A DNA stretch of 64,000 bases, taken from NCBI GenBank assembly GCA_963777125.1, contig CAVZPN010000003.1, positions 32,503-96,502 of the forward strand, given 5' to 3'. Positions 10,220-19,876 of this stretch are shown in pieces. The notes beneath the pieces were generated by a model, which was not told the DNA's origin, ran no database searches, and worked only from the letters and a program-made list of their open reading frames with translations. A program made the position numbers and the translations under genes. Within the stretch, counting starts at the first letter, position 1. The number at the start of each line of letters is the position of its first letter. Origin of the DNA: an uncultured archaeon. Its GTDB lineage: Archaea > Nanobdellota > Nanobdellia > Woesearchaeales > UBA9642.

Positions 10220-11517
10220 TTTACACGTATCTGTCCAGACATCAATTTAGGTAATAGTAAATCTCTTAAACTCTTTAGTCTGTTTGTCTCAAGAACATTA
10301 TTTTCGACTTTAGCTCTCAATGAACGAGATATTGTTTCAAAAAGAGTAATAATTTCCTTTGAAGGCACAATAATATTAATCTTTTTAATACCTTTAACAT
10401 TTAAACTGTTAAAGATTGTTCCCTGATCAGTATTTTTAGTTATTTGTTCAATCCCGTATGAAGAATTTAAATATCTCAATAAATAAGTTGGAGGTATTTT
10501 TTCAGGTCTTATAACAGTTATATTTCTTCCTACCCCTGATATAAAATCTTCAGGAATTTGTGCAATAGCACCTACTAATCCTGCATTAGTGATTATACAA
10601 TCACCCTTACGAACCTCGACATTTCGAGTCCAATAGATATAATCTTCATCTGAAACTAAATATTTATCTTCAAGATTCAGAGTTCCGTGTTTAGAGATAT
10701 TATATACTTGAAGTAATATTTTACCTCCTGTAACAGAATCTGGCTTTTTTGAATGTAGACAATCAATTATTTGTGCAATACTTGTAAGATTTGCAACACT
10801 CCAACCTTTAGGTATTTCTCCAAGTTCAGAATCTATCATTTCTCCACCCGAAGACTTGTAAGGTTTACCCCTCACATTAGGAAATTCAAAATTAAGGAAC
10901 CATTGATTGAATAATGTTTGACCAATCAATTCAAGAGTATTATTAATTTCTTGATTTATTTCAATTTTCGAATCTACAGCCGAAAGAATTTTAGCAATCT
11001 TTATTTGTTCATCTAATTTCGGAACAGGAGTTAATAATTTAGACAACTCTCCGAGATATATTCCTGGTTGAGCAGTAGTATTTATTCTTGAAGATATTAA
11101 CAATTTAAATTGATTAGACGTTAGCCAGTAAAATAAAAATTCATAATGCAACTCCTTACCACACCGCATTATAGCAATACTTCTTTGCATAGAAAAGGGC
11201 AAATCTTCTTTTTTAACAATGGCAACATTTCCAACCGTTCCAACAATTGTTAATAAAATATCATTGGCATTTATTTGATAATATTTATGTATTTTATGAT
11301 AATCTTCTTCGTTAATATAAGTGCAGTTGCTAAAATCAATATGTCTATATGTTAAATCCGAAGCACCCGCAATAAATTTTATTCCAGAAGAATGTCTCTT
11401 TGGCGGATTGTGACTACCATCTTTCAAAAGTTCCAAAAGCTCCCCGAGAGGTTTAATCTGCCAATCTTCAGGAATCATTCCTATTTCTGTTTCTTTGAAT
11501 TTTGTTGTTTGTTTCAT
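10207..11517 (-). CDS. hsdS: Type I R-M specificity subunit S
   Basis: EIGMIPEDW, two TRDs, central PKLDEQIKIAKIL...ELGEIPKGW spacer, C-terminal LRDLLLPKLMSG. Confidence 0.95.
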   Translation of the reverse strand: MKQTTKFKETEIGMIPEDWQIKPLGELLELLKDGSHNPPKRHSSGIKFIAGASDLTYRHIDFSNCTYINEEDYHKIHKYYQINANDILLTIVGTVGNVAIVKKEDLPFSMQRSIAIMRCGKELHYEFLFYWLTSNQFKLLISSRINTTAQPGIYLGELSKLLTPVPKLDEQIKIAKILSAVDSKIEINQEINNTLELIGQTLFNQWFLNFEFPNVRGKPYKSSGGEMIDSELGEIPKGWSVANLTSIAQIIDCLHSKKPDSVTGGKILLQVYNISKHGTLNLEDKYLVSDEDYIYWTRNVEVRKGDCIITNAGLVGAIAQIPEDFISGVGRNITVIRPEKIPPTYLLRYLNSSYGIEQITKNTDQGTIFNSLNVKGIKKINIIVPSKEIITLFETISRSLRAKVENNVLETNRLKSLRDLLLPKLMSGQIRVKWNG

Positions 11518-13676
11518 ATTGCTTCTTGTGGTGACTTTTCTTTAATTGTTAATAATTCTATATTTACTTCTTTTAGACCTTTAGTCTTCGTTAATAATTC
11601 GGTATATATATCATCTAAATCAGATAAGTATTCTTTGCGAGGAATTATTTTTATTGCTATGCCATATCTTACTAATACATTTGTGTCTTGAGAATATTTT
11701 ATGTTATATCGTTTAGGTATTATTTTAAGAGTGCATAATCCTGTTTGTTTCTCTTTTTTCTCGGCTTTTTTTGATGCTGTTTTAAATTCTGCAATGTGGA
11801 TGTTTGTTGGTGCATCAAAAGTAGTGCTAATTTTATCAAATTTAGTGTCTTCTTTTTTTAGTTGCATACCGAAATATAATAGTGATTTAGTGTATGGTTC
11901 CTTAATAAAATTGTTAGAGTGCACTAATATTATTTGTATTCTCTCAATCTTTTCAGCATTTAGATGAAATTTAATATCGTGCGCTTTTTGTCTTAAATAC
12001 TTGCCCTCTTTCTTTTTTCTATAATTTTTCATCAGAATTGCTTTCTCATTGAATATTAGAACAGCTCTTTTTTCAACTTCGAAATCAGAAAATGAATTTA
12101 GATATACATTTCCAAAGGAACCAAGCTGTTTAGAATATTCGATATTACCGCACGCTAACATTAGTGCCTTATATGTTTCTGAATTTTTTATTTTCGGATA
12201 TTGATATACTAATCTTAAAAAGAAGTTAGTCACACATGCAACAGCAAAACTTGTTCCGTAATGGTTAATCAATTTACCATCGTTTGAAACAGTAGGTAAT
12301 AACTCTTTTTTTTGCGTAGAAGTTACTCCTCCGCCTAAAAAATAAAACTCGGGTTTAATTAGGAAATGTTCTTCATTATCTTTCTCCAAATCTTTATACA
12401 TAATACTTTTTCGAGATATTGGAGAAATTAATGGCGATTCCGTATCAGTTTTTAGAAGTGCACCTACTGCAAAAATGTTCTTACAGTTGCTTGGAAATAA
12501 CATGGTGTTTTTCTCTATTAATCCTTTTTTTTCTGCAAGTGATGACTCATAATTATTACCTACCGAATTTAATACTATTACGTTCTTTTTATGAATAAAC
12601 TGGTCTAATCTTCGAGACAAATAATGAATTAAAGGAGTTTCTAATGTTTCATAAATATTGTATGCCATCACAAATACTTTGCATTTATCCGAATAAGTAT
12701 TAATTGCATTAACCAATCCGATAATCAAATTTTCCTTTTGCCCATCTGAAATCTTATATGAATATAAGTTAAATTCCTGATTAAGAACAGGTTTATTTGT
12801 TAATAATTGTTCGCCACATAATGCTAATGATGCAACTTGTGTCCCATGATCTAATAAATCATCATTCAAATTTGATAATTTCTTCTCATCAGAAACAAAG
12901 AATACGTGATTACTTACACCGCAATCCACTACGCATACTGCGGGTTTATCTTTCAGGTAAGGTTTATCTATTTTAATGACTATGTCTTTACCTTTCACCA
13001 TTTCTTCTTTTTCATAACAAACAGTTTCAATATCTCTTAAATAAGTATATATTACGTACTTTTTTTGTAATATTTCTCTATATTTGTTTCTGTCTGTAAT
13101 ATCTGCAATAACTATGCCTAATTCATCTATAAGTCTTATTTTTTTCAAATAAGATAAGCCACTCAATTCCAATAAGCATTGTTTCGTATCTACATTATCT
13201 TTTAAAATTATTATTATAGAATTATCGTTTGATACGGATGGAATGTAATGTTTAAGAGCTTCTGCATAGGATTTGCCTGTTAATACTAATGGTTCTTTTA
13301 CAATGCAATCAAATGTAGAGACTAACTTACCTTTGATAAAAAAACCATCTTCTTTGAATTTAGTAGAATTAATTTGTAAAATAACATTTGTTTCATTCTC
13401 ACCTATTGTTTTATATGTAGGTTCATCTTCTCCAGAAATTCTTTTTATAGCTTTTTGTATCTCTTCGTCACAGACTATATTATTAAATTCGATATATACA
13501 CAAATGTTTTCTTGTTGTTCTTTAAGAAATTTTAATTTAGTAAGAAATGGATTTATTATTGCATCTCTTTTAGAATATTCTTCTCTCTTCTGTTCATCAG
13601 TCAAATTAGGAAACCCTGCACCTTGTTGATAAATTGACTCTGAATCGTTTAGCTCAATAAATTTTTTTATGACCAT
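11514..13676 (-). CDS. S8 (subtilase) serine peptidase, cytoplasmic IetS/Y4bN-like type
   Basis: Catalytic triad VVDCGV (Asp), DHGTQVA (His), GTSFA (Ser), oxyanion NSVGN; no signal peptide. Confidence 0.8.
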   Translation of the reverse strand: MVIKKFIELNDSESIYQQGAGFPNLTDEQKREEYSKRDAIINPFLTKLKFLKEQQENICVYIEFNNIVCDEEIQKAIKRISGEDEPTYKTIGENETNVILQINSTKFKEDGFFIKGKLVSTFDCIVKEPLVLTGKSYAEALKHYIPSVSNDNSIIIILKDNVDTKQCLLELSGLSYLKKIRLIDELGIVIADITDRNKYREILQKKYVIYTYLRDIETVCYEKEEMVKGKDIVIKIDKPYLKDKPAVCVVDCGVSNHVFFVSDEKKLSNLNDDLLDHGTQVASLALCGEQLLTNKPVLNQEFNLYSYKISDGQKENLIIGLVNAINTYSDKCKVFVMAYNIYETLETPLIHYLSRRLDQFIHKKNVIVLNSVGNNYESSLAEKKGLIEKNTMLFPSNCKNIFAVGALLKTDTESPLISPISRKSIMYKDLEKDNEEHFLIKPEFYFLGGGVTSTQKKELLPTVSNDGKLINHYGTSFAVACVTNFFLRLVYQYPKIKNSETYKALMLACGNIEYSKQLGSFGNVYLNSFSDFEVEKRAVLIFNEKAILMKNYRKKKEGKYLRQKAHDIKFHLNAEKIERIQIILVHSNNFIKEPYTKSLLYFGMQLKKEDTKFDKISTTFDAPTNIHIAEFKTASKKAEKKEKQTGLCTLKIIPKRYNIKYSQDTNVLVRYGIAIKIIPRKEYLSDLDDIYTELLTKTKGLKEVNIELLTIKEKSPQEAI

Positions 13677-13689
13677 TTAAACACTCTTA

Positions 13690-14073
13690 TTATTTTTTGT
13701 ATAATATGAACACAGGATATGAAGCCACACGCTTCCTTAATTCTTTCAATGTATCTGAATTTTTCTCGTAGTGAACATCATCCTCAAAGTCTTGTGACAA
13801 ATTTTTAAATTCTAAAGATAGCTCTCTATATCCATTAACTTTTTCTATATCATTTTTGAATACTAAAGGAATCACTGTAAACACTAATGCTAAAGCACTC
13901 ATAAAGAAATTCAAATCTTTCCCTGAAATCCAATCACCTAATAGTAATATTCCTATAATTATAGATGCTAAAATGCTAACTAAATATAGATAGGAGTAAA
14001 AGTTTGCAGTTTTTTCTAATTGATCATGATATCCTTTGCATTCCTGTATCTTTTGATGAGTGTTGATTATCAT
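13690..14073 (-). CDS. SLATT-like two-TM effector protein
   Basis: Short N-terminal helix, two TM helices, then NGYRELSLEFKNL amphipathic helix; SLATT-type architecture. Confidence 0.55.
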   Translation of the reverse strand: MIINTHQKIQECKGYHDQLEKTANFYSYLYLVSILASIIIGILLLGDWISGKDLNFFMSALALVFTVIPLVFKNDIEKVNGYRELSLEFKNLSQDFEDDVHYEKNSDTLKELRKRVASYPVFILYKK

Positions 14074-14276
14074 AGTAATCTTAACAACCTCCAGAATGCA
14101 ATTATAATCATAACAATAAATAGAAAACTAATAAATCCTCCAAGAGCACCAAACACTGTGAAAGTAAGAACGCCACTATCTAAAACTGCTTTAATAAACA
14201 TATAGATTATGAAAACACCAACAATTAAAGACATGATGGTTTTAATACTCTGTCCTTTTTTGTTTCTTAAAATCAT
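14070..14276 (-). CDS. Small membrane protein with class III (pilin-like) signal motif
   Basis: MILRNKKGQ followed by a hydrophobic stretch; second hydrophobic helix; ATGA overlaps at both ends. Confidence 0.5.
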   Translation of the reverse strand: MILRNKKGQSIKTIMSLIVGVFIIYMFIKAVLDSGVLTFTVFGALGGFISFLFIVMIIIAFWRLLRLL

Positions 14277-15799
14277 ATCTTGTATCCTATTCCTTTCAGA
14301 TTTATTTTGATTTCTTCTTCTAACTCATGTGATTTCTTGAATTGTTCAGATAATTCAGCAGTTAGTCTTTCCATCTTTTCTTTGAATGCTTCTGGATCAT
14401 CTTCTACATCTTCAGCACCCACATATCTTCCTGCAGTTAATACATATTCGTGTTTTTGAACTTCATCGAGTTTTGCTGACTTACAGAATCCTTTTACATC
14501 TTCATACTTGCCTTTTTCTCCACGCCATGCGTGATATGTAGAACTAATTTTCGCAATTTCTTCAGATGTCAATTCTCTGTGTCTTCTATCTGCCATTACA
14601 CCCATGTTTCTTGCATCGATAAATAGTATTGAACCTCTTCTGTCTTTGAAGTTGTGATCTTTCTTGTCTCTTGTTACAAACCATAAACAACACGGTATCA
14701 TTGTATTGTAGAATAGCTGTGATGGTAATGCTACTATGCAATCTACTAAATCATTTTCAACAATGTTCTTTCTTATCTCTCCCTCTCCTGAAGTATTAGA
14801 ACTTAATGATCCGTTGGCAAGAACAAATCCTGCGACTCCCGTCGGATTTAGGTGGTGTATGAAATGTTGCACCCATGCGTAGTTTGCATTTCCACTCGGT
14901 GGAACTCCGTATTTCCATCTTACATCGTCTCTTATACTTTCAACTCCCCAATCACTCATATTGAACGGAGGATTTGCTAATATAAAATCTGCTTTCAAAT
15001 CTTTATGTTGATCGTTATGAAATGAATCTCCTAACTGTATTTTGGCATCAATTCCTCTGATTGCTAAATTCATCTTTGCAAGTTTCCAAGTAGTCGGATT
15101 ACTTTCTTGTCCGAATACATGAATGCTATCTATCTTTCCACCATGTGCTTGAATGAACTTTTCTGATTGAACAAACATTCCACCACTTCCACAACAGGGA
15201 TCATATACTCTTCCCTTGTATGGTTCTATCATTTCAACTAATAATTTTACAATAGGTACGGGTGTATAGAATTGACCGCCTCTTTTACCCTCTGCATCAG
15301 CAAACATTCCAATAAAATATTCATATACTCCACCAAGAACATCTTTACTTTTACTTTCTTTACTTCCAAGACCTATAGTTCCAATCAAATCTATAACTTC
15401 ACCAAGTCTTTGCTTGTTAAGTGCAGGTCGTGCATAGTCCTTTGGTAGAACTCCTTTAAGCGATGGATTATGTTTCTCTATCAAATCCATTGCATCATCT
15501 ATAAACGAGCCAATTTCTGGCTTTTTAGCGTTATCTTGAAGATATTCCCACCTTGCATGTTTAGGAACCCAAAAAACATTATCCATTTTATACTCATCAG
15601 GATCTTCTGCATCTGCACTCTTGTCTTTAGAGAGTTCATCATGTCTCTCCGTAAACGCATCCGAAATATATTTCAAGAAGATTAAACCTAAAACTACATG
15701 TTTATACTCTGAAGCATCCATATTGTTACGCATTTTATCAGCAGAAGCCCATAGCTTTGCCTCAAAACCTAAATTAGAAGTGTTACTATTAGTTGCCAT
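14273..15799 (-). CDS. hsdM: Type I R-M methyltransferase subunit M
   Basis: [10 protein letters not shown]-terminus, [17 protein letters not shown] (motif I), LANPPFN (motif IV, N6-adenine). Confidence 0.96.
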   Translation of the reverse strand: MATNSNTSNLGFEAKLWASADKMRNNMDASEYKHVVLGLIFLKYISDAFTERHDELSKDKSADAEDPDEYKMDNVFWVPKHARWEYLQDNAKKPEIGSFIDDAMDLIEKHNPSLKGVLPKDYARPALNKQRLGEVIDLIGTIGLGSKESKSKDVLGGVYEYFIGMFADAEGKRGGQFYTPVPIVKLLVEMIEPYKGRVYDPCCGSGGMFVQSEKFIQAHGGKIDSIHVFGQESNPTTWKLAKMNLAIRGIDAKIQLGDSFHNDQHKDLKADFILANPPFNMSDWGVESIRDDVRWKYGVPPSGNANYAWVQHFIHHLNPTGVAGFVLANGSLSSNTSGEGEIRKNIVENDLVDCIVALPSQLFYNTMIPCCLWFVTRDKKDHNFKDRRGSILFIDARNMGVMADRRHRELTSEEIAKISSTYHAWRGEKGKYEDVKGFCKSAKLDEVQKHEYVLTAGRYVGAEDVEDDPEAFKEKMERLTAELSEQFKKSHELEEEIKINLKGIGYKI

Positions 15800-15833
15800 T
15801 TAAATCCCCCATCTAAACCCATACTAAAGTTAA

Positions 15834-15841
15834 TTTATAAA
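15834..15841 (-). promoter_or_regulatory. Archaeal TATA box for the hsd operon
   Basis: TTTATAAA preceded by GAAACC on the minus strand, ~35 nt before the hsdM start. Confidence 0.5.
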
Positions 15842-15993
15842 GGTTTCTTCAATGAAACCACCGTGAATAAGATAGAGTATTGCTCCAAGTCTATTGCTAC
15901 TGCTAAAAATAGTGAAAAATCGCATCCAAATAAGTAATTTTGACTTTATTCTTCCCAGCAGTTATAACTATTCCGACTATAACTTTGTACTAT

Positions 15994-16015
15994 AAAGCTT
16001 TTGGCCAAAAGCTTT
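15994..16015. repeat. Perfect 22-bp palindrome AAAGCTTTTGGCCAAAAGCTTT
   Basis: Read directly; 11+11 perfect dyad. Confidence 0.9.
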
Positions 16016-16216
16016 CTAATTTTGTCGTCTATAACCTTATTTTAAAGAGATCCAAAAATGCGTTTTGTAGCGTTTTTTTTGTTATAGAGAAAAGCTCACG
16101 TATCGTGCGGGCACGTGCGGGCGTCATGCAACTCATACCTCGCTGACCATATATACTTTTTATCGACGGTAAATGTTTTGCCATTGTACGTAATGCCACA
16201 GTTTTTCTGACTATTC

Positions 16217-16573
16217 AAGTCTCATAAAAGCACATTTGCAAATAAATAATTTTATAACAAAATACAAGTGGAAGCAGATAATAAATTTGAGACTTCAGAT
16301 CTGTGAGACCACTTTTTATCGTCATAAGTCTCAAAGTCTCAAGGTCTATCTTCGGATTTTGTAAAAACTTTTAGTTAATCAGAAATATTAATTGGTTTTG
16401 ATGTTGATACTAACTTGTGCTCAAAATAGTTGTTTTTAAAAAAATTGAGACTTTTTTACGCACAATTTGTAAATCAAATAATTATATTATTGGTTCATCA
16501 GATCGATTTGTACGTTGATACTAACTTGTGCTTGAAATATGTGTTTTTAAAAAAATTGAGACTTTTTTACGCA
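16217..16573. repeat. Iteron-like region: six exact AAGTCTCA/TGAGACTT 8-mers plus two ~60-bp direct repeats
   Basis: 8-mers at 16217, 16288, 16326, 16334, 16446 and 16557 in both orientations. Direct repeats 16403-16462 and 16514-16573 differ at 4 positions. Confidence 0.85.
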
Positions 16574-16644
16574 TGAACTAAAAATGCACAGGACACACAA
16601 GACATTCATAGACAATGAGAATTAGCTAAAATAATTTAAGCGTT

Positions 16645-16682
16645 AAGGGTTTGAAATGCGAATTGGAACATCTCAAACCCTT
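16645..16682. repeat. Stem-loop (14-bp stem with one mismatch, 10-nt loop)
   Basis: AAGGGTTTGAAATG ... CATCTCAAACCCTT. Confidence 0.8.
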
Positions 16683-16706
16683 TGGGGAAAACAACGGATC
16701 ATAACA

Positions 16707-16850
16707 TCATTTCTTCTTTAAACGCTTCTTAATCTTGGTATCATAAAACTTCATAAAAAAGGACACCCAAATAAATGCACCAAGACCGCTTCCGATGCCA
16801 GAACATGCACCGTATAATATTAATTCAAGTAATTTTGTTTGTTCAATCAT
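16707..16850 (-). CDS. Small single-TM protein (47 aa), absent from the ORF track
   Basis: MIEQTKLLELILYGACSGIGSGLGAFIWVSFFMKFYDTKIKKRLKKK; start overlaps the upstream stop; glycine-rich TM then basic tail. Confidence 0.6.
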   Translation of the reverse strand: MIEQTKLLELILYGACSGIGSGLGAFIWVSFFMKFYDTKIKKRLKKK

Positions 16851-17130
16851 CTAATATCGGAACCTCGCTTAAAGGCATAGTCTCATCCATGTGATCATCC
16901 GTAATATCATTAAGCAAACGAATACGATATACTTCATCAATTGCATCATCAAGTTTATCTAAAATATCAAGCACAACTAATTCTCGTTTTAAAAGTAAAA
17001 TAGTTGTTATTGTAGAATTAATTTGGTCACGAGATTTATTTATAATATTTTTAATCTCTTCACTTATAGCTTTTTCAATTTCTTTGCGTCTTGCTAATCT
17101 TATTTCTTTTTTCGGATATATATCGTTCAT
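16843..17130 (-). CDS. Hypothetical helical protein
   Basis: 95-aa ORF, GGAGGG RBS, part of a compact operon. Confidence 0.55.
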   Translation of the reverse strand: MNDIYPKKEIRLARRKEIEKAISEEIKNIINKSRDQINSTITTILLLKRELVVLDILDKLDDAIDEVYRIRLLNDITDDHMDETMPLSEVPILDD

Positions 17131-17172
17131 TTTTCCCCTCCATATAAAATTATAAAAAAATAAAAATTAAGT

Positions 17173-17382
17173 TTATTTTTCTAACTCAACTATTTTCTTT
17201 AGTTTGTCCGTTGAGAAAGATAATATCTTGTTTGTTGAAGCATCTTTAATCTTCAGCTCACGTTCATTTAAGGAAGATAATTTACCCTCGACCTCAAATC
17301 CCTCAACAAATTCTGCCAAGATTGGCTTACCAACAAACTGTTTCCATTCTACCACTTGCTTCTTTACCATTTTATTCACCAC
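17173..17382 (-). CDS. Small LSm/SH3-like beta-barrel protein
   Basis: FVGKPILAEF..GFEVEGKLSSL....LKIKD fits an Sm-like strand pattern. Confidence 0.45.
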   Translation of the reverse strand: MVNKMVKKQVVEWKQFVGKPILAEFVEGFEVEGKLSSLNERELKIKDASTNKILSFSTDKLKKIVELEK

Positions 17383-17384
17383 CG

Positions 17385-17648
17385 TTATTCCTGTGTTTTT
17401 GTTTCAGGAATAATCTTATTTTCTGTGCCATTTCTGGCAACTGCTTCTCCTGCTCTGGAGTTAGTTCTATCATGTCTACCACCCTCCCTACGAATAATCA
17501 AAGAATCATCAATAATATTCCATTCAAAAGAGAACGTCTCTCCTTTACGAAGTTTAAGTGTCCTACAATAAATATTAGGTAAACAAAGAAAAAAACTTGT
17601 TTCATTCTGCGTAATACGCCTTGTTCCGAGATCAAAGTTAGATGCCAT
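17385..17648 (-). CDS. AbrB/MazE/SpoVT-like DNA-binding protein
   Basis: RITQNETSFFLCLPNIYCRTLKLRKGETFSFEW....LIIRR swapped-hairpin pattern. Confidence 0.65.
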   Translation of the reverse strand: MASNFDLGTRRITQNETSFFLCLPNIYCRTLKLRKGETFSFEWNIIDDSLIIRREGGRHDRTNSRAGEAVARNGTENKIIPETKTQE

Positions 17649-17746
17649 ACTATATGTAAAACCAAGTTATTTATCAATAACCACGCCAATTCTAAAAAAC
17701 CATTTTTCCCACTGATTAAAATCAACAGTAAATAATAAACTAAAAA

Positions 17747-18913
17747 TTGCGAGGAGAAACTATGAAAAAAAACAAAGAAGCATCAGATTCAGCGTTAGTA
17801 AAAGAATTAAAAAAATCTTTATCGAACTGTTCTAAAGCAGGAATTATGATACGAATATTATTGAATGATCCAGAAATATATTCGCAATATAAAAGTAATC
17901 CTGATCATTATTATGCTTTAAGAATAGTTTATCCTGAAACGAAACAACTATTTTTTCCAAAAGATTTTCAAAAGACTGCAGAACAGTACAAAGAACTATT
18001 CAAGGAGATGAAATTAAATATAGATGAAAAAAGATTACCTGCTTTGAAAAAAACAAGAGCATATAATCACAAAAATGAGATATATACAAATAATAAAGCA
18101 CCATATATTAGTGAGGATGATTATTATGACGTTAAATCAAAATTGCGACACATAATACATATAGAAAAATTGAAAACTGATAGACCTGTAAGAAGCGGAA
18201 CAAAAGGAGATATTCCTAAATTAGGAATTAAATTAGCCAATATCCCTATAGTATTTTATGCACTCTACACTGCGTTTTCAGAAGCAAAAGAACTGCATAT
18301 ATTTATGAACTCGCAATACTATGAACGAAATAAATTTATGTTAGAAGTTGGAAAAAATGAAATAGAAATGAAATGGTTCGTTCCAACATATCGTCCAAAA
18401 GAAACTCACATAATCCATGAGCAACAAGGTCTTAACTACGATATGAATCAATATTATGAACTGTTTAATCCATTAATTTCAATGTATTTTGATGATCCCG
18501 AATTATTTCTTCGATTAAAAGATCATTTCATAGGCGTATTCAGAAATAAAACACTTGACAAAGATATAAGCAAAAGAACTAAAGTTGCCTTTTGGATTCT
18601 TCAATTAGGTATTTTAACAAGCAAATATATTGAAACATTTAAAGAATTTGAAAAAAATACTGCAGACAAAGAACTTGAACAAAAGGTTCATCGAATAGCG
18701 TCAGATATACATCGTCGCCAAATATATTTAGACGGCATATTTTCCAATGAAAAAATAAAAATCAAAGACAAAACATTGATGAAACAAATAAATAAATTAG
18801 GCGAAATTGACAGGAAAATATTACAAAAGAATATAGGTATAATAAAAAAGATTGAAGAGGGATTGGCAGAAAATGATAAAAAAAATCAGAACAAGAAAAA
18901 TAACAAGTTTTAA
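17747..18913 (+). CDS. Hypothetical protein (388 aa), divergent from the AbrB-like gene
   Basis: Long ORF with GAGG RBS; no family recognised. Confidence 0.6.
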   Translation: MRGETMKKNKEASDSALVKELKKSLSNCSKAGIMIRILLNDPEIYSQYKSNPDHYYALRIVYPETKQLFFPKDFQKTAEQYKELFKEMKLNIDEKRLPALKKTRAYNHKNEIYTNNKAPYISEDDYYDVKSKLRHIIHIEKLKTDRPVRSGTKGDIPKLGIKLANIPIVFYALYTAFSEAKELHIFMNSQYYERNKFMLEVGKNEIEMKWFVPTYRPKETHIIHEQQGLNYDMNQYYELFNPLISMYFDDPELFLRLKDHFIGVFRNKTLDKDISKRTKVAFWILQLGILTSKYIETFKEFEKNTADKELEQKVHRIASDIHRRQIYLDGIFSNEKIKIKDKTLMKQINKLGEIDRKILQKNIGIIKKIEEGLAENDKKNQNKKNNKF

Positions 18914-19018
18914 ATAAATCCTATACTTTCACCATAGAGGAGGATGTAAGGAAGAAGCATACTTTTCCGAAAAGTTCTACTCAAAGGGTTATCACAAATC
19001 TGAGGCTTTTAATTTGAT

Positions 19019-19039
19019 GGTGCAAATCTGCACCTTTTT
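19019..19039 (+). terminator. Short GC hairpin plus T-tract, possible terminator
   Basis: GGTGC-AAATCT-GCACC-TTTTT, ~105 nt after the 388-aa ORF. Confidence 0.3.
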
Positions 19040-19244
19040 CTAAAATAAGTTTTGCACTCGCATGAATAAAACTGAGAAAAGTATTTATCTATTAGAGTAC
19101 TATTCTTGAAAATATTTTTGCCTACATTAATTGATTAGATAAGAGGTTTTGAAACTAAAATTAAGTCATAAAAACTTTAAACATAAACTACTATTAAATT
19201 ACTACAAAAGCAATATTTTTAAACGTAATAATTATTCTACAAAA

Positions 19245-19841
19245 ATGAAAGAGCTAATTGGTGTTGAACACGTTTCTCAAAAGGGAGCAGATGCAGTATT
19301 AAATTATATTAATAATAAATATCCTGACAATATTTCAATAATGTTGGAATTACCTCCAAAAGATCTTGAAAAAAATATAGAAACTCACTCAGAATTTCAT
19401 TATTTTAGATATTTAGAACAGCAGCTTACGCAGAAAGAAAATAGAACAATAATTTATGGAGACAGATTGTATCCTGAAGCCAAATGGGTATTTCTAAGGT
19501 ATAGTATGTTTGATAACATAAGCGAATTCAAAGCTGAAAATATGATTCTAACACAAAGAAATAAAGATATGAGTAAACTATTACAAGAAAAAAATATAGA
19601 TATCGTAGTTTTAGGGGCCTTACATACTACTTATTTAAAAAAAGAATATACAAATATACATCATTCATTTTTCTCTGAAGGATATATATTTCGTTCAGAT
19701 CCTAAAGATAAAGACTTTTCAAAAGAAAAAAAAGCAATACTATCGACAGTAGATGAATTATTTATGGTCAAATTTACATTGTACGGACTTTCGGATTTTA
19801 TGACAAGATATCCTAACTTAAAAAAAGTATCTAGATTATAA
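19245..19841 (+). CDS. TraB/PrgY/GumN (TIKI)-like protein
   Basis: LIGVEHVS...PDNISIMLELP and RNKDM...IVVLGALH match TraB-family motifs; start moved to MKELIG. Confidence 0.55.
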   Translation: MKELIGVEHVSQKGADAVLNYINNKYPDNISIMLELPPKDLEKNIETHSEFHYFRYLEQQLTQKENRTIIYGDRLYPEAKWVFLRYSMFDNISEFKAENMILTQRNKDMSKLLQEKNIDIVVLGALHTTYLKKEYTNIHHSFFSEGYIFRSDPKDKDFSKEKKAILSTVDELFMVKFTLYGLSDFMTRYPNLKKVSRL

Positions 19842-19876
19842 TAACATTTAAAAACAATAATAACCGTAAATGCTTA

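Larger units (their letters stand above)
1..18950. mobile_element. Putative integrated element / defence island; left end outside the window, right boundary approximate
   Basis: Three tyrosine-recombinase loci, HTH and AbrB-like regulators, HExxH protease, type I R-M operon with cargo, iteron-like repeats and many orphan ORFs. Host-like genes resume after ~19.2 kb. No att site identified. Confidence 0.65.

Noticed and set aside
3791-11517. Phase-variable hsdS shufflon driven by the adjacent recombinase
   Set aside because: Only one hsdS and no silent TRD cassettes or inverted repeats were seen.
16095-16150. GC-rich patch ending in ...CTCGCTGACCA, considered as a tRNA, att site, 5S or SRP fragment
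   Set aside because: No T-loop (TTCRA) or matching acceptor stem could be built on either strand, and there is no SRP or 5S signature. A short minus-strand ORF here is also unsupported.
16403-16573. 60-bp direct repeats or the 24-nt units at 59787/59835 as CRISPR arrays
   Set aside because: Only two copies each, non-identical, wrong size or spacing, and no cas genes in the window.
19015-19040. GGTGCAAATCTGCACC as a tRNA 3' remnant marking attR
   Set aside because: Lacks the GTTC T-loop and acceptor-stem end; kept only as a possible terminator.
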